From positions 1,435,880-1,499,879 of the forward strand of contig MU058669.1 in assembly GCA_013265495.1 (NCBI GenBank): a stretch of 64,000 nucleotides of DNA, written 5' to 3'. Both the position numbers and the translations under genes were made by a program. Position 1 is the first letter of the stretch. Every line of letters begins with the position of its first letter. The stretch comes from Vicugna vicugna (taxonomy: Eukaryota). The notes beneath the pieces were generated by a model. That model did not search any database. It had not been told where the DNA came from and saw nothing but the letters and a program-made list of their open reading frames with translations. Below, in pieces: positions 35,456-48,959 of the stretch.

Positions 35456-37104
35456 GTTTTTTGAGTAAGCGAAACAGATTCTGGCTGTAACCATTAATTC
35501 TAAGGCTGTTTAGGAAGTGTGCAGGGTTAGTAAACAAACAAAAAGCGATTCAGATAATCAAATGCTTTGAAAAGTGTAGCACTTCTCACTTATTTTAGAT
35601 ACTTTTAATATTTAAGAACAGTTCCCAAGTAATATGATTGGTCAGGACTTACACGCACTGCGGGGAGTCAGGTCGGCCATCTAAGGAGAGTCACCCGCAC
35701 CTGTGTTTCTAATACTCTTTGACAGGTCTTGGCATATCATGTGCAGGTTATTACAGCCCATATACAGGAGGTGGAGGGGTTGGGGCTCAGCTTCAACCAC
35801 ATGCCCCAGGAAGGGGCATGTTTCCCTATCATGTGCCCACAGACATCTTAATCTGCAGCCCTGTCCTTGAATTCACTTACCTGGAAGTGCTCAAGCCAAT
35901 TTGGAATTGAAGAAAAAAATAAAGAGACGGATTTAGAGACTTACTGATTTATAAGGCTTAATTAAGTGGGAGAAAGGGTGATGAGATGGTAACAAATAGG
36001 ATGATAGTCCAAGTTCTTCAAAAACATTAAAAAATAGAAAACTGAAGCAAATGGAATCATTGGCCCATGCAAGTCAGGTCTGAAAGGGCCCCAAGAAACA
36101 TGGGATTCAGCCCCCTTGATGTAAAATCCTGGGGAGACAAAGTGCCATTTTCTGAGCTGATGGAGCAAACCAGGCTAGCTGAAGGCTGAATTCTCCCCCG
36201 GTGTGCAGGGCTGGGCGCGCACTGGGGAGTGTGGGCCAAAGGCTGCTCGGGGGCAGACACTGTTTGATACTTAGGCTTTTGTTCACAGAGTCACCTAGAT
36301 TTGCTTTGGTGATATTTCAGGTGGGTCAGAGACATATTTTGTAGTTCCAAATTTGAAACTAAAAATAACTTTCTTCTTATAAATGAATGGGCCCTTCACA
36401 TTGGAATACAAGACCCTCTAGATTAAAGAATTAAAAAACAGTAAATCTTAATGATACTTCCCACCAATTCCAGACTCAGTGGAAAGGAAAGGAGGGCCTT
36501 GAGCTCAGGGAAGAATAAGGGTTTTGTTCTTACCCCTCCGGGCAGAGTGGTGTGTACAGTGAGCACGTGATGGGGAGAAGTAGGCATCATTCCACAAAAC
36601 CTGGGTGCCCTAGGATGCTGGGCTACTCCGTCCACTCGTGGCAAAGATGCCAGTTCTGTCCACAATTCTATGTGGCACTCTAGTCCAGACTAAAGTATGT
36701 ATCTTCCTCTGCTGGTATGTTGGAGGGCTAAAAAGCTTGCCTTTTTGAGGCTGAAGGGTATATCCATGACTGTTTGTCAAGGAAAGCCAGGTACAGTAGA
36801 CCTCACATGTGCAGTTCTCAAGCCCACCCTTTTATCCCGACGACATTTGTACCTAAATTTGAACTGTCCTTTGTCACATCTTGCCTGTAATTCAAGGACT
36901 AGAGGACTATTCTGCTAGCCCAAGACAGGAAGCTTCTTTACAAAGCAGCATTTATTTGAAGGGTCTGGATCCCATACGTGACAGACAGCCTCCCATTTTC
37001 CCACCAGTGTAGCCAGAAGGGGGAATTTGAAAAACGACACTTGCTGAATGGTCACAGTATGCCAAGTGATAACGCCAAATATTTTACATAAATTGCCTGT
37101 GAAG

Positions 37105-37250
37105 CTCAAAATATTTATCTGAGGAAAATTATCCTAACCTTCCAAGGAAGTTAAGGGGTTTTTCCAAGTTTACATAGTTAACAGGTGATGGAAATGAGAT
37201 TTGATAGAGATCTGTCTTGTTCAGATGTTCCTATTTTTCCCCACTGTACC
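37105..37250 (-). mobile_element. MIR fragment
   Basis: gaagttaaggggtttttccaagtttacatagttaacaggtgatggaaatgagatttga. Confidence 0.7.
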
Positions 37251-37829
37251 TATTTTCAATAAGAAGTTATTCAGGGTAGTGATGCTGATCCTGAACCATT
37301 AAGACAAGAAAAGATAACATTTATCTAGAGAGATACAATATTGCTTGGAGAAGGAAATGAAACTAGCTGTAGGTGATGATTATTTAGAATGGTAAATCAT
37401 TGCTCCTTTCTCAAATGTATCAGGTGCTGACATGTTCTTCCTCCATTCTGGAAGTATTTCATCACAGTACACTGAACTGGTTTGTGCACTTATGGCTTCA
37501 AACTGACTATATGGTTTTTCATATGAGTTTTCATTTTTTTCTTCATTTGTGTATTGAGACACCGCAGCAGCCAGGCAGAACTCAAGGGCTGTAGCTACGT
37601 TCTCATGTATATTTGTTGCATAATTGCTGGCTAATGAGCTTTATGAGAGTAAAGAAAACTAGAAAAATGAAAGCAATTCTATTTTTTTTTTGGACAGTTA
37701 ATGCAGTTAAGAATGTGGTTTTTTTTTTTGGAGAAAATGTTTAGCTCTGTGCATTTATTTTTATTTTTATTTTTCTTGCCATTATTGTTTAAAGCACCTT
37801 CTGCTTCTCTGCAAGAAGATAGAAGTATT

Positions 37830-37990
37830 TCATGTTCTTAAAGTGCCTCATGATACCCTCAGGGAATAGCAAGGTATAATGACTCCCATTTTTCAGATAA
37901 AAAGGCATAGAGCGATTGGCTGGGGTTTTCCCAGGTCAAATGGTCAATTTCACAGACAATCTTGAATCTGGGGGCCCTTCTCTATTCCAC
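37830..37990 (-). mobile_element. MIR fragment
   Basis: ggtataatgactcccatttttcagataaaaaggcatagag. Confidence 0.7.
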
Positions 37991-38044
37991 TTCTGGTTTG
38001 GGATTGAGGGAAGTCCACAGCTCATCATTCTTGGACCTGCCTGC

Positions 38045-38230
38045 TCCCCTTAGTGACTTAGAGACTATCGCAGATATCAGGGAACTTTTCAGAGTGTGCA
38101 GGTTTTCAAATCTCCTCCCACCCCACAACCCAATTGTTACAGACTCTTGAGGGTTGAGGCTCTGAAATCTACCTGTTTATAGATCACTTAGCATGGCTCT
38201 GATGCTCAGCCAGAAAGGTCTGGGAATTAG
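38045..38230. mobile_element. MER5-family MITE
   Basis: atcagggaacttttcagagtgtgcagg...cagactcttgagggttgaggctctgaaatctacc...ctctgatgctcagcc. Confidence 0.6.
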
Positions 38231-38294
38231 TTGTCCCTGGTTTATCTGATGCATGAAGACTCTGTTCAGTATCTCTGGTTTCAGCGATCACTGT

Positions 38295-38430
38295 GGGAGT
38301 AAATAGGGCCTGGATTTGAATGCTCATTCTGCCACTCGACAGCTGGGTGGCCTTAGATAAATTTCCTGACGTCTCTGAATTTCGTACGAGTTGCCAGTAA
38401 GTTAAAAAGATTAGTTATATAAAGGTAGAA
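38295..38430 (+). mobile_element. MIR fragment
   Basis: cctggatttgaatgctcattctgccactcgacagctgggtggccttagataaatttcctgacgtctctg. Confidence 0.7.
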
Positions 38431-38519
38431 TACCTAAGGGAAAAAAATGAACAGAATAAGGATGCACTTAAAAGTTTCTGCTGGTAGAGATACTGGTGGT
38501 AGTGGCAGCAGTAATATTA

Positions 38520-38905
38520 GCCCTCTGACAGCCTGTTCCACTTGTACCTGTTTGTTAGAAAATGTTGCCTTATGTTCAGGAAACATTTTATCTTACTTTG
38601 GTTTCCAAGGATCAGAGTGCTAGGTGTGTCCTTTTAAATAACAAACGACTTGTATTATTCCACGGGAGAGACTTGTTCATGTATTTGCTGAAGTCTCTTC
38701 TGCCCCCACCCAGTTCTTCTTTCCTCTAGATCTGTTCCTTCAACAGCTGCCCATAAGACATGACCCTGGGCCTGGGTAGGTGGCATCAGAACCATAGACC
38801 ATCCCTTACTGACATTCTTCTTCATTAAGGAATCCTCCTGACTCCTAGCTAACCAGTGTTTCCATCCCTACTGTTGTAAAGCCGGAGCTGAAGACATTAC
38901 GTCCA
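38520..38905 (-). mobile_element. L3/CR1 LINE fragment
   Basis: ttgttagaaaatgttgccttatgtt, tgttccttcaacagctgcccataagacatg, gagctgaagacattacgtccag follow reverse-complement L3 3' ORF2 order. Confidence 0.7.
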
Positions 38906-38910
38906 GGGCA

Positions 38911-39082
38911 TCAGCGCTTCCCGTATTTCAGTATGTGTGTGAGTCATCTGAGGATCTGCTCAGAATGCAGATTCTGATCCAGGAGGTCTGGGACGAGGCC
39001 CTGTAGTCTGCATTTCTAACCACTTCGCAGGCAGTGCCGACGCTGCTGGTCCCCGGGCTACTCTTCGAGGAGCGAGGCACTG
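38911..39082. mobile_element. MER5A MITE
   Basis: gagtcatctgaggatctgctcagaatgcagattctgatccaggaggtctggg...ctgcatttctaac...gctgctggtcc. Confidence 0.85.
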
Positions 39083-39423
39083 GATGTCCTTTATACCTAG
39101 ATTTATGTGGTCACATCTTGCTTTAGTTCAGTCATACAAAAAATAAAATGGTCCCTGCACGTGGATTTATATAATTTCTTTACAGTCAGGAAATGGCAGT
39201 TCTGCAACTCTGCTTTCTTTTTGGCCTTAGCTAACCAAAAATTACTGCCCAAGTGTTAGGTCCTCAGTGCTTGTTCCTGTGAACGGATGTCTATCTTGCC
39301 AGACTCTCTTAAATAGACATTCTCTCTGTTAATGTCCTCTCCTGAAAGTTTTTGTATTAGGCCTTATTTAAATCTCTTTAGCAATAAGAATTCAAGTCAT
39401 TCAGGATTCCCAGTGGCAACCTC

Positions 39424-39424
39424 T

Positions 39425-39455
<31 letters not shown>
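39424..39455. repeat. (GT)n microsatellite with GC interruptions
   Basis: tgtgcgtgtgcgtgtgtgtg..., read directly. Confidence 0.95.
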
Positions 39456-39729
39456 ATGAGGGACGTGGGTGGGAACTAATTTTGGCACCCACGATTTGCT
39501 GCTCCCCTGGCCCTTTGTGTTCTATTACTGAGCAAAGATGAGCTAGACAGATTGGAGCCAGTGTCTCAGTTGGAAAAACAAAAACAAAACAGAACAGAAA
39601 ACAATCCTCTGACTTCTTGTGACATTTGTTGGAGGTGGAATCACTCTAAGAAAAGGACAGCGTGGAGGAGTTTCATTTCCGTCTGGTTTGGGTAGGGAAG
39701 GTAGTTGGAGCTATTTTTATATTACCTGT

Positions 39730-41452
39730 CTTTCCTTGTTTATTTAAAAATAGTTTAAGATGAGATTAAAACTTATAGAAAATTTTAAGCTAAAAGGGAA
39801 AAAACCTTAAAGGGGGAAACGTTCCAAATGTCAACCAGTCAGCCATATACTGTTGATTTTTTTTCTTCTAGAACTTTATTTTTAGTGTATGTATATGTAG
39901 TTTACAAAAAACAAGCAGAAAACAAAAGAATTTATTATTAGGCTAAAGCTTATAAAATTGACATTGACATTTTTGTGCAGACAGTTGAATGTTACCAGTG
40001 CCAGATGATTCAAACTGGATATATTTTGACTTGTGACATGGTTTTAAAGCTTAAAAGTCAACAGTAAACATTACCCTGTTCTACTCAACAGCATCGTTAA
40101 AAAATGGTAATATTAATGCATCAGTGCATACTTCACCAATCCTCTGTTGTTTGGCACTTTGTTTCCAATTTTTTTCATTATTCTAAGCATTACTGGGTAA
40201 ATGCCCTTAAGAAAAACTCCGTGTGTATACCCACATAATTTCCTTAGGAGAGTTCCCCACAGTTGGATTACTGGGTTAAAGATTTATGCCTATTTTATAT
40301 GCTTTTGATGCAATTTAAAATGCCAGCATCTGTATACAAGCCTGTATCTTTCACTGTGTCTCTGCCAGCTCCGAGTTGATGTGTTTTTAATTGCTTCTAG
40401 TTTGATAGATGAAAATGGTATTTCATTATTTGCTTTACATTATTAAGGTGAATGATTTTTGTACTGCAACCATTTTTATTTTATCTTCTGCAAATTGCCT
40501 ACAATGTAATTTTCTTTTGTGTATTTTACTGGTTTGGCTATCTTTTATTTCCAAGTTAAAAGAGTTCTTAATTTATGATGTTGGCATTTTCCTGTCACTG
40601 ATTCTGCAAACATCCCAGAAGGTAATTTTCAGTTACCTTTTAGCATTTTTCAAGATACGTTTCTTTTAATTATTCTGTGATTTCAAATTCCTTTGTAGCC
40701 TATTTTTTTGTTCTTTTTACTTATTGTTTCTGCTTTTGGTGTTTAGAAATGTCTCATATTCTCAAATTATTAGAAAAAAATTTCCTAGTGTCTTTTCTAG
40801 TTCCTGTCAGCAATTAGCTACTCAATTAGTCCAAGATTATTTATCCTATAGGGTATTACTTGAGACAAAGGGCTAGCTTCCCTTTCCTCTGAGCATAGTT
40901 TATCAAAGAGTCGATAAATGTTGATTTTAAAATGTCACATTTATCTTAAACTAAGTTCTGTTACACATGTTTCTGTTTCTGGGTTTTGAGTTCTGTTTTA
41001 TTCATCTGTCTGTCTATTCTGTAGCCATTACCAGAGCTCTAATAACTAAGTTGTTACAGAAATTTTGAATGGAAATGTAGGCCACTCACTGTCATTTGTC
41101 TTTGAAGGTTTTCTTTGCTCCTTTTTTCTCATTTATTCCTTTTATAACCATTTTGTTCAGTTATGAATAAAAATAATTTTCATCAAGATTCAATGTACAT
41201 AGTACATAATTTTAAAGTAAACTTGGGGTAAATTAAAATATTGGAAATTTTGAACTTTTCTACTCAAAAACAGATGGTCATTATGTTCACTTCTGCAAAT
41301 CATTTATGTCTCTAATTAAAGGTTTATTTCAAATGAATCCTACATATTTTTAGTTAAATTTAGTGCAGTGAATATTCTATTTTTGATTGCTATATGAATA
41401 ATTTTTAAAAATCACATTTCTGAGTGGTTTTTGCCAGATTCCAGGCAGTTTT

Positions 41453-41485
<33 letters not shown>

Positions 41486-42420
41486 GTAACAAGTCATCTT
41501 ACCAAACAATAGTCAGGTTTAATAAGGGTTCCATTTTCCCTTAGGCTCATTATACAAATCATCTTATTCCTAGTACTTCAGTAGTTGCTGAAATTTTGAT
41601 CTTGACTTTTCTGATCATTTTCTTATTTTTATTCCATTTATCTTACACGACTTTACCCTGTCTTAATGTCTAGAACTTCCAGAGCGTTGTGGTGATGGCA
41701 TTATTTTCTTTCTTCAGATTTGATTTGGAAAGCCATCATGGTTTTCCCCTTGGGTACAGTGTTGGCAGTTGATCTGAGATACATTTTTTTCTGTGTTAAG
41801 ATAGGGGCATTCTTTTTATAAATTACAAGAATTTTTAGTTATATGATGTCTGTTGAATTTGGCCTCATCTGAGATAACGCTATTTCTCCTTTGCTCTGTT
41901 TGACCAATTACACTAATAGATTTCCTAATGCTGTATCATTACTGCGTGCCTGAATAGTCCCTGTTTGCTCATGCTATGTTATTACTTTTAAAAGGCTTTA
42001 AATTAGATTTGTTTTCAATGAGTATTTCTACACTTTATTGACAGGTGGGATTGATACTTAGAATTTTTAACATATATATCTCTTTATTAGGTTTTATTAT
42101 CAGTTATGTTAGCTTGGTGAGAATAACTGGGAAGGTGTCTCAGTTGTCATAGACTTTGAGCAGGTGTGGGAGATGACACAGCTTGTGTCCACAGTTCCAT
42201 CCCCTCCCCGCTTACCGTGTGTTATTAACTGTCTGTCTGCCTTCCTTTTAGAGGCATTCCTTTTGAGGCTGTACCTCTGAAACAACACTTAGGGGACAGT
42301 CCTAGAGGTTCTTCACATGAACCATGGTAGCGCTCCTGTTGTCAAGACATTGTTCTCTCTTCTCTCATCTTTCCCAAGTGAGCCTTAGGCTTAGCTGCTT
42401 GATATTAGCTCCCTTAGACT
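39730..42420 (-). mobile_element. Old L1ME-type fragment(s)
   Basis: tttccttaggagagttccccacagttggattactgggttaaag; tctattctgtagccattacca; cactaatagatttcctaatgctgtatcattactgc. Confidence 0.75.
41455..41484. repeat. T30 homopolymer
   Basis: Read directly. Confidence 0.95.
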
Positions 42421-43519
42421 CTGTATGGTTCTGCACTTGAATCTTCTAAATTCAGATTTAAAAAATTAAACACATCAGCAGACACTAAATTATAGTTTTA
42501 CTTGACAGTTGGGAGGTCCACGTACCTGCGCAGAAGAGGCTGGTGTGTGGTGGCTGAACCAGAGAGCTTCAGCATGGTCAGGAATTTCCTGCTGGGTGTT
42601 TGCTGCAGGAGCCGCGGATTACCTGGGCAGCATGTCTCTAACCGAGCAGTGGTCTTTTGGTGGGAGATTGTATTACTGGGCCCTGCTCTTTGGGTAGAAC
42701 GTGGAATGAGCACCAGTATGCTGTGGGTGCTTCTCACATACATTCCTAGAATGAGAGTGTGTCATTTGTTAATCATTCTTTTCCTTTAGTCCCTTTATAA
42801 ATTAGAGCACACAGATAGATGGGTGTCCATGGAGATTCACTTATTTATTTCCTCAGCCAACACATCCTTTCCACGTGATAAATAATGGGCCGTTTGCCCA
42901 TGACTCACTTTGGTGTTCTCTTTCAAGATACTTCACATCTTTTGTAGCGTGTGCAAGCCTTTCCTCATTCCCATTACTAGTATGGGTTTCTCCTGTTGTG
43001 TGTTCTTTTGATGGTGTGAGTGGGAAGGAAGTGTGTGAAGTGGAAAGCATGTCCCTACTTCCTGACCTGTACTCACAGGTACCCCTTGTCCTTTGACCTC
43101 AACCTGAGGAAACTTGTCCGAGGGAATTGAAAGGGAAAGTTTTCCCACATAGATTTCATGTGAGTCTAAAGGCAGGCATTTCATGTTGTAGAGACTTGAG
43201 GCTAGGTTGGTCGCAGGAGTGTAGAGGAACAAAGAGCAAAGAAAGACCTTTGTGGGAGGGACGTGTAAGCATTACTGTCCCCCTAGCATGTGAAGATGAG
43301 GGGGTGACTGTCAACGAGGTCACGTGGGCCCCAAACTTAAGTATGTGAGAGTCAGACTTTCTTCTCAGGGGCAGCCGGAGCAAAAAGTATTTTACTGCTT
43401 CTGTGTACTTCATACACACACCCCTTGATTCTACATGAATTTTAAAATAAATGTGTTCTCGATGCTGCCCACCCAGACTGTGAGGCCCGAGAAACTAGGG
43501 TTATATTTTACCTCGATGG

Positions 43520-43640
43520 GTCTAGGATAATGCCCGTCATTTTATGGAAGAGGAAAGAAGTTCACAAAGGTAGGGGATCGTGCCAAGCCAGGCAGCTGAT
43601 GTGAAACAGGACCACAAACCCAGGTCCTTAGATTGCTAGT
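43520..43640 (-). mobile_element. MIR fragment
   Basis: cattttatggaagaggaaagaagttcacaaagg...caggaccacaaacccaggtcc. Confidence 0.65.
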
Positions 43641-43959
43641 GTGCTGGCCTTCCCAATATGCCATTTTGAAAACGTTAATTCAGGATTTTGGTGTCACATC
43701 TTTATAGGGGGTTTGTCCAAGGCCATTTCTACGTCTGACCCGGATGCAAAAGCCAAACCTGAAGCAATTCACACTTCACCAACTGAAGTGTTTTCCCGTG
43801 GATTCTTCGGAGGAATTAGTCAAACGAAAACCCAGTAATGCACCTAGAAAACTGGATACTGTTGTGCTGTTCTGTAGGCAGCCCATCCTCTGACCCCAGC
43901 CTGGGCTCCCTGCACAGCCTGGCACCGGGGGGCTACCTGGCCGCGTAATTGTTATTCCC

Positions 43960-44290
43960 GCAGTAACTGCACAGGCTGTTCTTATTCATATAAGCACCTA
44001 ATCCTTTTCCAAATTCTTCTTGCTTCGGTTTGCCTCAGTAATACCCTGCAGTAGTGGCTAATTGCACATTGTGGAGAGAAGGATTTCCTGTGATCTTCTC
44101 TAAATTTAGGCCGTGCTAATTTCATTGACTGTCCCCTTCCGGGCAGGCAGTGGGACCAGGTAGCAGGGAACACCCAGTTGGATGTCCTGTGGCATTTCAT
44201 GTAGATGCCTCAGTCATATCCAGTAACACTTGGCTCCCTCCATTTCCCCTGCTGAAGAGACTGGCTTTTTGTCCTTGCCTGGAGTATTTC
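43960..44290 (-). mobile_element. Ancient CR1 3' fragment (amniote-type)
   Basis: ORF 43982..44200(-) contains RGQSMKLARPKFREDHRKSFSPQCAI (~RGHSMKL..KFRTDKRKYFFTQRVI); minus-strand ctcttcagc / ggatatgactgaggc upstream and aaaaggattaggtgcttatatg downstream. Confidence 0.7.
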
Positions 44291-44339
44291 GCTGTTACAC
44301 TTCCCCAGCCACTCTAATTATTTCTGCTGCAATCTGATA

Positions 44340-44640
44340 GACCTGGCGGCACTGCTCAGGTTCAAAGGAAGAATAAATGGGGATAAGATCATTGACTTCA
44401 AGTGCCTGGAGGAGTATCAGAAGGTTAGAGAATGTGACCTACCCTGAATGGTTTAAGAATTTGAACCAGCAATTATATAAGTTGTGAAAAGTTGCACTTT
44501 AACTCGATAAAAACAATAAGGGTGATATATTAAATAGAGTTAGCCGTCTAGGAAATGGTTATCTCAGAACAGAACAAGCTTTCCTTTGGGAGGCTGTGAA
44601 GCTGGTAAACCACTCGCTAAGGGTCCCTTAATTCTGGGCC
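44340..44640 (+). mobile_element. L3/CR1 3' fragment
   Basis: KGRINGDKIIDFKCLEEYQK (~KRRLRGDMIAVFKYLKGCH), ending taagggtcccttaattctg like the L3 tail. Confidence 0.55.
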
Positions 44641-44769
44641 ACTGTACTTCTTTTAATCCTCCTGACTTCTTTAGTATAAATGGATGTGATCACCTTTTTG
44701 GGAGACCTTGTATAACATTAATTAATGTCATAATTATTCATCTCAGTGGCAGTCAAGAGCTAAGAGAGC

Positions 44770-45110
44770 AGGGTTTGAGATACAGTTAGGTGCTAAAATC
44801 AAGAGTACTTTGATGACTTGTTTTGGCGACAAGAAAGAGGTGCTGACAGGCACAGCAACTTTCTTGCTCTTAAAGATCTCACGTTGGTAGGAAAAAATAT
44901 TTTATATGTATGTTTTCTTCCTCACAAATATTTTTGTGGGAAGAAAAATATGGAAGAAGCATGCATAGAAAGTATCACGTTGCAGTGTGCTAAATGTCAG
45001 GACCACTTTAATAAATGAGGAACCAAGAAAGGTCAAGGGCGGCTCCCTAGAGGAAGCGTTGTAACCTGTGAGGAGGCATTAGAAGCAGGGCAAGGGTCCT
45101 CTGAGCTAAG
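44770..45110 (-). mobile_element. L2 fragment
   Basis: cttgctcttaaagatctcacgttggtagg; gtcaagggcggctccctagaggaagcg. Confidence 0.6.
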
Positions 45111-45320
45111 GATGATGATGGTACTGATGACAGCATTTTCTGAGTGGCTGCTATATCCAAGGAACTGTGCTAAGTGAGTTTATGCATGATCTGATAGAGC
45201 TTTATTTTAATATGAAGGAACTAATGTCCAGAAAGATCAAGTGATTTTTCCATTGCTGCTTATCCAGTAATTGATGAAGGTGGGGTTCCAACCCAGAGCC
45301 AGTGTCCTTAATCATTTTGG
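45110..45320 (-). mobile_element. MIR SINE
   Basis: agcattttctgagtggctgctatatccaaggaactgtgctaagtgagtttatgcatgatct. Confidence 0.75.
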
Positions 45321-46584
45321 AAAACTAGGTGAGTTAGATACATTTGAAGGGATTCTTACAAATGTGTCCGTCTTCAGGGGTTGTCTTGAGTACATGGAGG
45401 GCTAAGTTTGCACTGATAAATTTGCCGGGGAAAGGATTCTAGGATAGGGTAATGGAGATAGAAAAGAGGAAGGCACAGAGGAAGTTGATGATGCTGGGAG
45501 AACTGGGACCAAAGGGAACCTCAAAGTGGACAGTGAGGTGAGGGTTCATACAGCACTCAATTATATGCTCTCAGAAATGGAATGGCCAAGAAGGGTGAGG
45601 CTGTGAGCAGAGACAGTTCCCACAGGAAACTTGTTGGTTGACATTAAGTTAGCCTCGGGGCGGGTGGTAAGGTGTCTCATCGTGGAAACAAACTTAAGTA
45701 TAGATTTATGAACATGAATTCACAGATCTGGTGGTCCAAGCCATGCCATTGTTCTTGCCTCAGGAAACAGAACATGCTTCTGCTTCAAGGAGCAGGCTAA
45801 AACAAAGAATCATGTGTCCTAAAGTCACTGGAGGACTCAGCAAAGCCAGTGACAGGTGATGACGCACCACCCCCTACCCCCCGAGCTTCAGTTGAACTAG
45901 AAATAAAAATTATACATTTAGAACTTGGGAAAATAGCTGAGCCTCTTACGTGGTCTCTGCTTTGTACTCTCTTGAACGTTGATCTCTGCCCGCTCACCTG
46001 AAACATGCAGCAGCCTTGCTTCCCAAATCCTGTCTCTAAGTAACCTAACCTTCCACCCAAAAGCCCTCCATGAATTGGCTTCCAGTATCCATGAATTGGC
46101 CTTTCATTTCACAAGAGAGAAACAATCTGGTTGCTCATTGGCTCTATTGTACACTTGAATCTCCCTTTTAGGAGCAGGGAGTAGATATGTTCAGAACAGG
46201 TAACATCCTAGAGGAGAAATTATTTTAACAAAGTTCCACAGCTAATGAGGAGCAATGCCTAGGCTTCCAGGTTTTCTCAGAATCCGCTGCAACCTTCTGA
46301 GATGCCCCCAGGGAATTCTCTCTAATGATGCTGGGATAGCTGGAGTTAAAGGAGCTACCGTAGGAAAAAAAAAAAAAAGCAAGTGGTAATAAGCTGAAAT
46401 GACACTAGTCCACTTTTATTTGACTATGTGAATTTAAAATAACTTTACAAAAGTAGCAGAGAAACACTCCTTGCTGCCCACACCCTTTTTTCTTGGGTGG
46501 CTTGGCGAGAGTAGCTAATCTGTAAAATCCGTCCCAGTAAAAAAAGGTCCGTGATTCTAACACAGGCAATGTTAAAAGTTGCTT

Positions 46585-46700
46585 CCTCAATTTATTAATG
46601 GGGAAGCTGGTACCTAGAGAGGGGAAGACATTTGTTCACAGTACAGAGTAGGTCCCTGGCAGGCTAGGGCTAGGGCACAGATTTCTTAATCGCCTGTCCC
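46585..46700 (-). mobile_element. MIR fragment
   Basis: aatggggaagctggtacctagagaggggaagacatttgttcacagtacagag. Confidence 0.65.
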
Positions 46701-48769
46701 AGCACCCAGCTTTCTGCAAATAGGTCTCATCTCATATGTCAAGTCCAGTTGGCCGTTGTAGCAGTCTGGATTATACTTGAAGAAGGATTCTGATCTCATC
46801 ATTTTGTAACAGAAGAGAGCCCTGTGATTAAGTTGTGAAGTCTATGTTGTGTATGGGAGATGGGGAAGCTGGGCTGTGCGCTTGCCATCATAGGTTTGCC
46901 TCCTCCTCTGGTCCTCCCGGCCTCATTATGGCTGGGGCACTCCTCACATAAACATTTCACATACAGAAGAAGACTGATTAGAGTTAAGTTTATTTTAGCT
47001 CAATTGATAATGTGGAGTACTTTACTCAATTGGCCAGTAAACATCCATCTTCTCCTAGTTTACTTCCCTTGAAAGTGAATCAGAATTTTAAAGGCACCCT
47101 GAGACTACTAATGGTAATAATCACTTATGTTTATAGCACTTTAATGTATAAATCACTGTCTTTCTTTCATTTTTATGCTTAAAGGAATGATCTAGATCAG
47201 CTAGCCAATGAGAAAAAATATTTTTGTGTGTTCTTCACTAAGTCCCTCTATAAAGTTCAATTAAATTCAAACAGAAATGAAATAGAATCATATTATAAAA
47301 AATTATTACCATTTGCTTCTTACAGCCCTTCTGCTAACTATACGCTGTTGGCTCTTTTTCCGATAGACTCTTAAGGGCACTGTGCTGTGGTGCAAGGGCA
47401 TCACACCGCAGATCTTGTAGCCTGGGTTTTGTGTCTCACTGTGTGACTTTGTTCAGACATCCCCACCGTGGACACCTCTTGTGCTGACACATCTGTCCTC
47501 GTGTCCTTTACAGGGGACTGCACTTGGAAAATACTTGATTCCTGAATACCAGGCCATATTCAAAATCACTTCTTCCCTTTGATGCGGAAGTCTGAGTGCA
47601 CAGAGAGAAAATATTTTTGGTGTCATGAAATAGCTCTAGTCTTTTGACTGTGATTAGTCTCTGGCTCTGATTATCATACTGCTGTGATTAGAAAGATTCT
47701 GAGGCTGTGTGTGAACTCAGCAGAAAGAAGGTCAGGGAGCTCTGCAGCAAAACCCGACATGGATGTAAGCTGAGCTGTTTTCTTAAATTTTTTTTAAATG
47801 ATATCCAACCCCTTCCCCAAATATTTTTCACTCTTCTTCCCAGAATGTGCGTCTGCCGCGTTCAGGTGGGTCTGGACCACAGCCACTAACGAGCCTGTGA
47901 GCTAAGACCACCGCCCTGCCCACTCCTGCCCACTGCAGGCAGGACCTTTCCCAGGAAGTCCTTTTGGCATTCTGTGCGTCCTCAGCCAGTCACACTCCAA
48001 GATCTGTCCTCAGTGAGTAATCTCACAGAAATTCTAAAAGTGACAAAATGTGTGCTCACATCACTCATACCTGGCTGCCTGTGCTTCCCCTGATTTAGGA
48101 CCCGATACCTGTGCTGAGTGATATATGGGGAGTGGGGTTGGGGGCCTGGTGCAATGAAATGGCACAGGATTATGAATCATGAGACCCATGTTCTTGTCTT
48201 ACTTCCGCTTGATACTCTGTGTGCCCTGGGGAGAGGCATCTCCATTTCCTAATGAAGAAGAGCAGAGAAGGGGTCATCATCTCCATCTTACAGCAGAGGG
48301 TCAGAGTGGTGACTGGCACAAGGCTTCCAGCTTTCAAGGGTAGCCCACAGACCCAACAGTTTTTCTGCTGTGTTTTTGCTACAGTCATACTTCCATTCTC
48401 TAAGTTCTGGAGTCAATACTGTAGAGAGAGACATTGCAGGATCTTGGAAATAAACAAGGAAAATGGTTTAGTTAGCAAATGGAAGCCTTTAGAAGCCATT
48501 TATCTGCAGCTTCTCCCGCCCTCTCCCCTAGTTAACCCATCTGTCTGCTGAGTTCTTCCGCCCTATGTGATCTGGCTTTAAGGACAAGGCAAATTGTTTC
48601 CTTAGGAATACTGAGATTTAGGAAAATGTGTGCCTTGTCAAATCCCTTCCTCTTCCCGAGCCTGCTGAGAACTCTAAGGATCACATTCTTTAAGCTCATT
48701 TTAATGCTCAGAGGAGAGGGAGCCTCTATCCCTGGCTATTCACCTTTCTCATTATTGCTGGAACCCTTC

Positions 48770-48940
48770 ATTCTCATGTATAGGCTAAGAATTAGGTGGA
48801 AAGGGCCTAAGAGTTTAGCTAGTCATATCACCTCAGTGTACAAGGGGGGAACTTGAGACCTGTAGATGGGAAGGACTGTTCTAAGGTCAGATCATATATT
48901 AGTGATGCAGCTTGGGGTAGACCCTATGTCTCTGGATGTG
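48770..48940 (-). mobile_element. MIR/MIR3 fragment
   Basis: ggggaacttgagacctgtagatgggaaggactgttctaaggtcagatc. Confidence 0.65.
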
Positions 48941-48959
48941 TGTGCCTACAAGGTGGGTC

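Noticed and set aside
35870..35930. Perfect minus-strand donor CAG|GTAAGT at ~35880
   Set aside because: The nearest acceptor is an unusual GAG giving 9 nt, and it opposes the inferred transcription direction; likely chance.
44341..44423. Exon-like open frame DLAALLRFKGRINGDKIIDFKCLEEYQK followed by gttaga
   Set aside because: Weak acceptor and donor; better explained as the L3/CR1 ORF2 RRLRGDMI.VFKYL motif.
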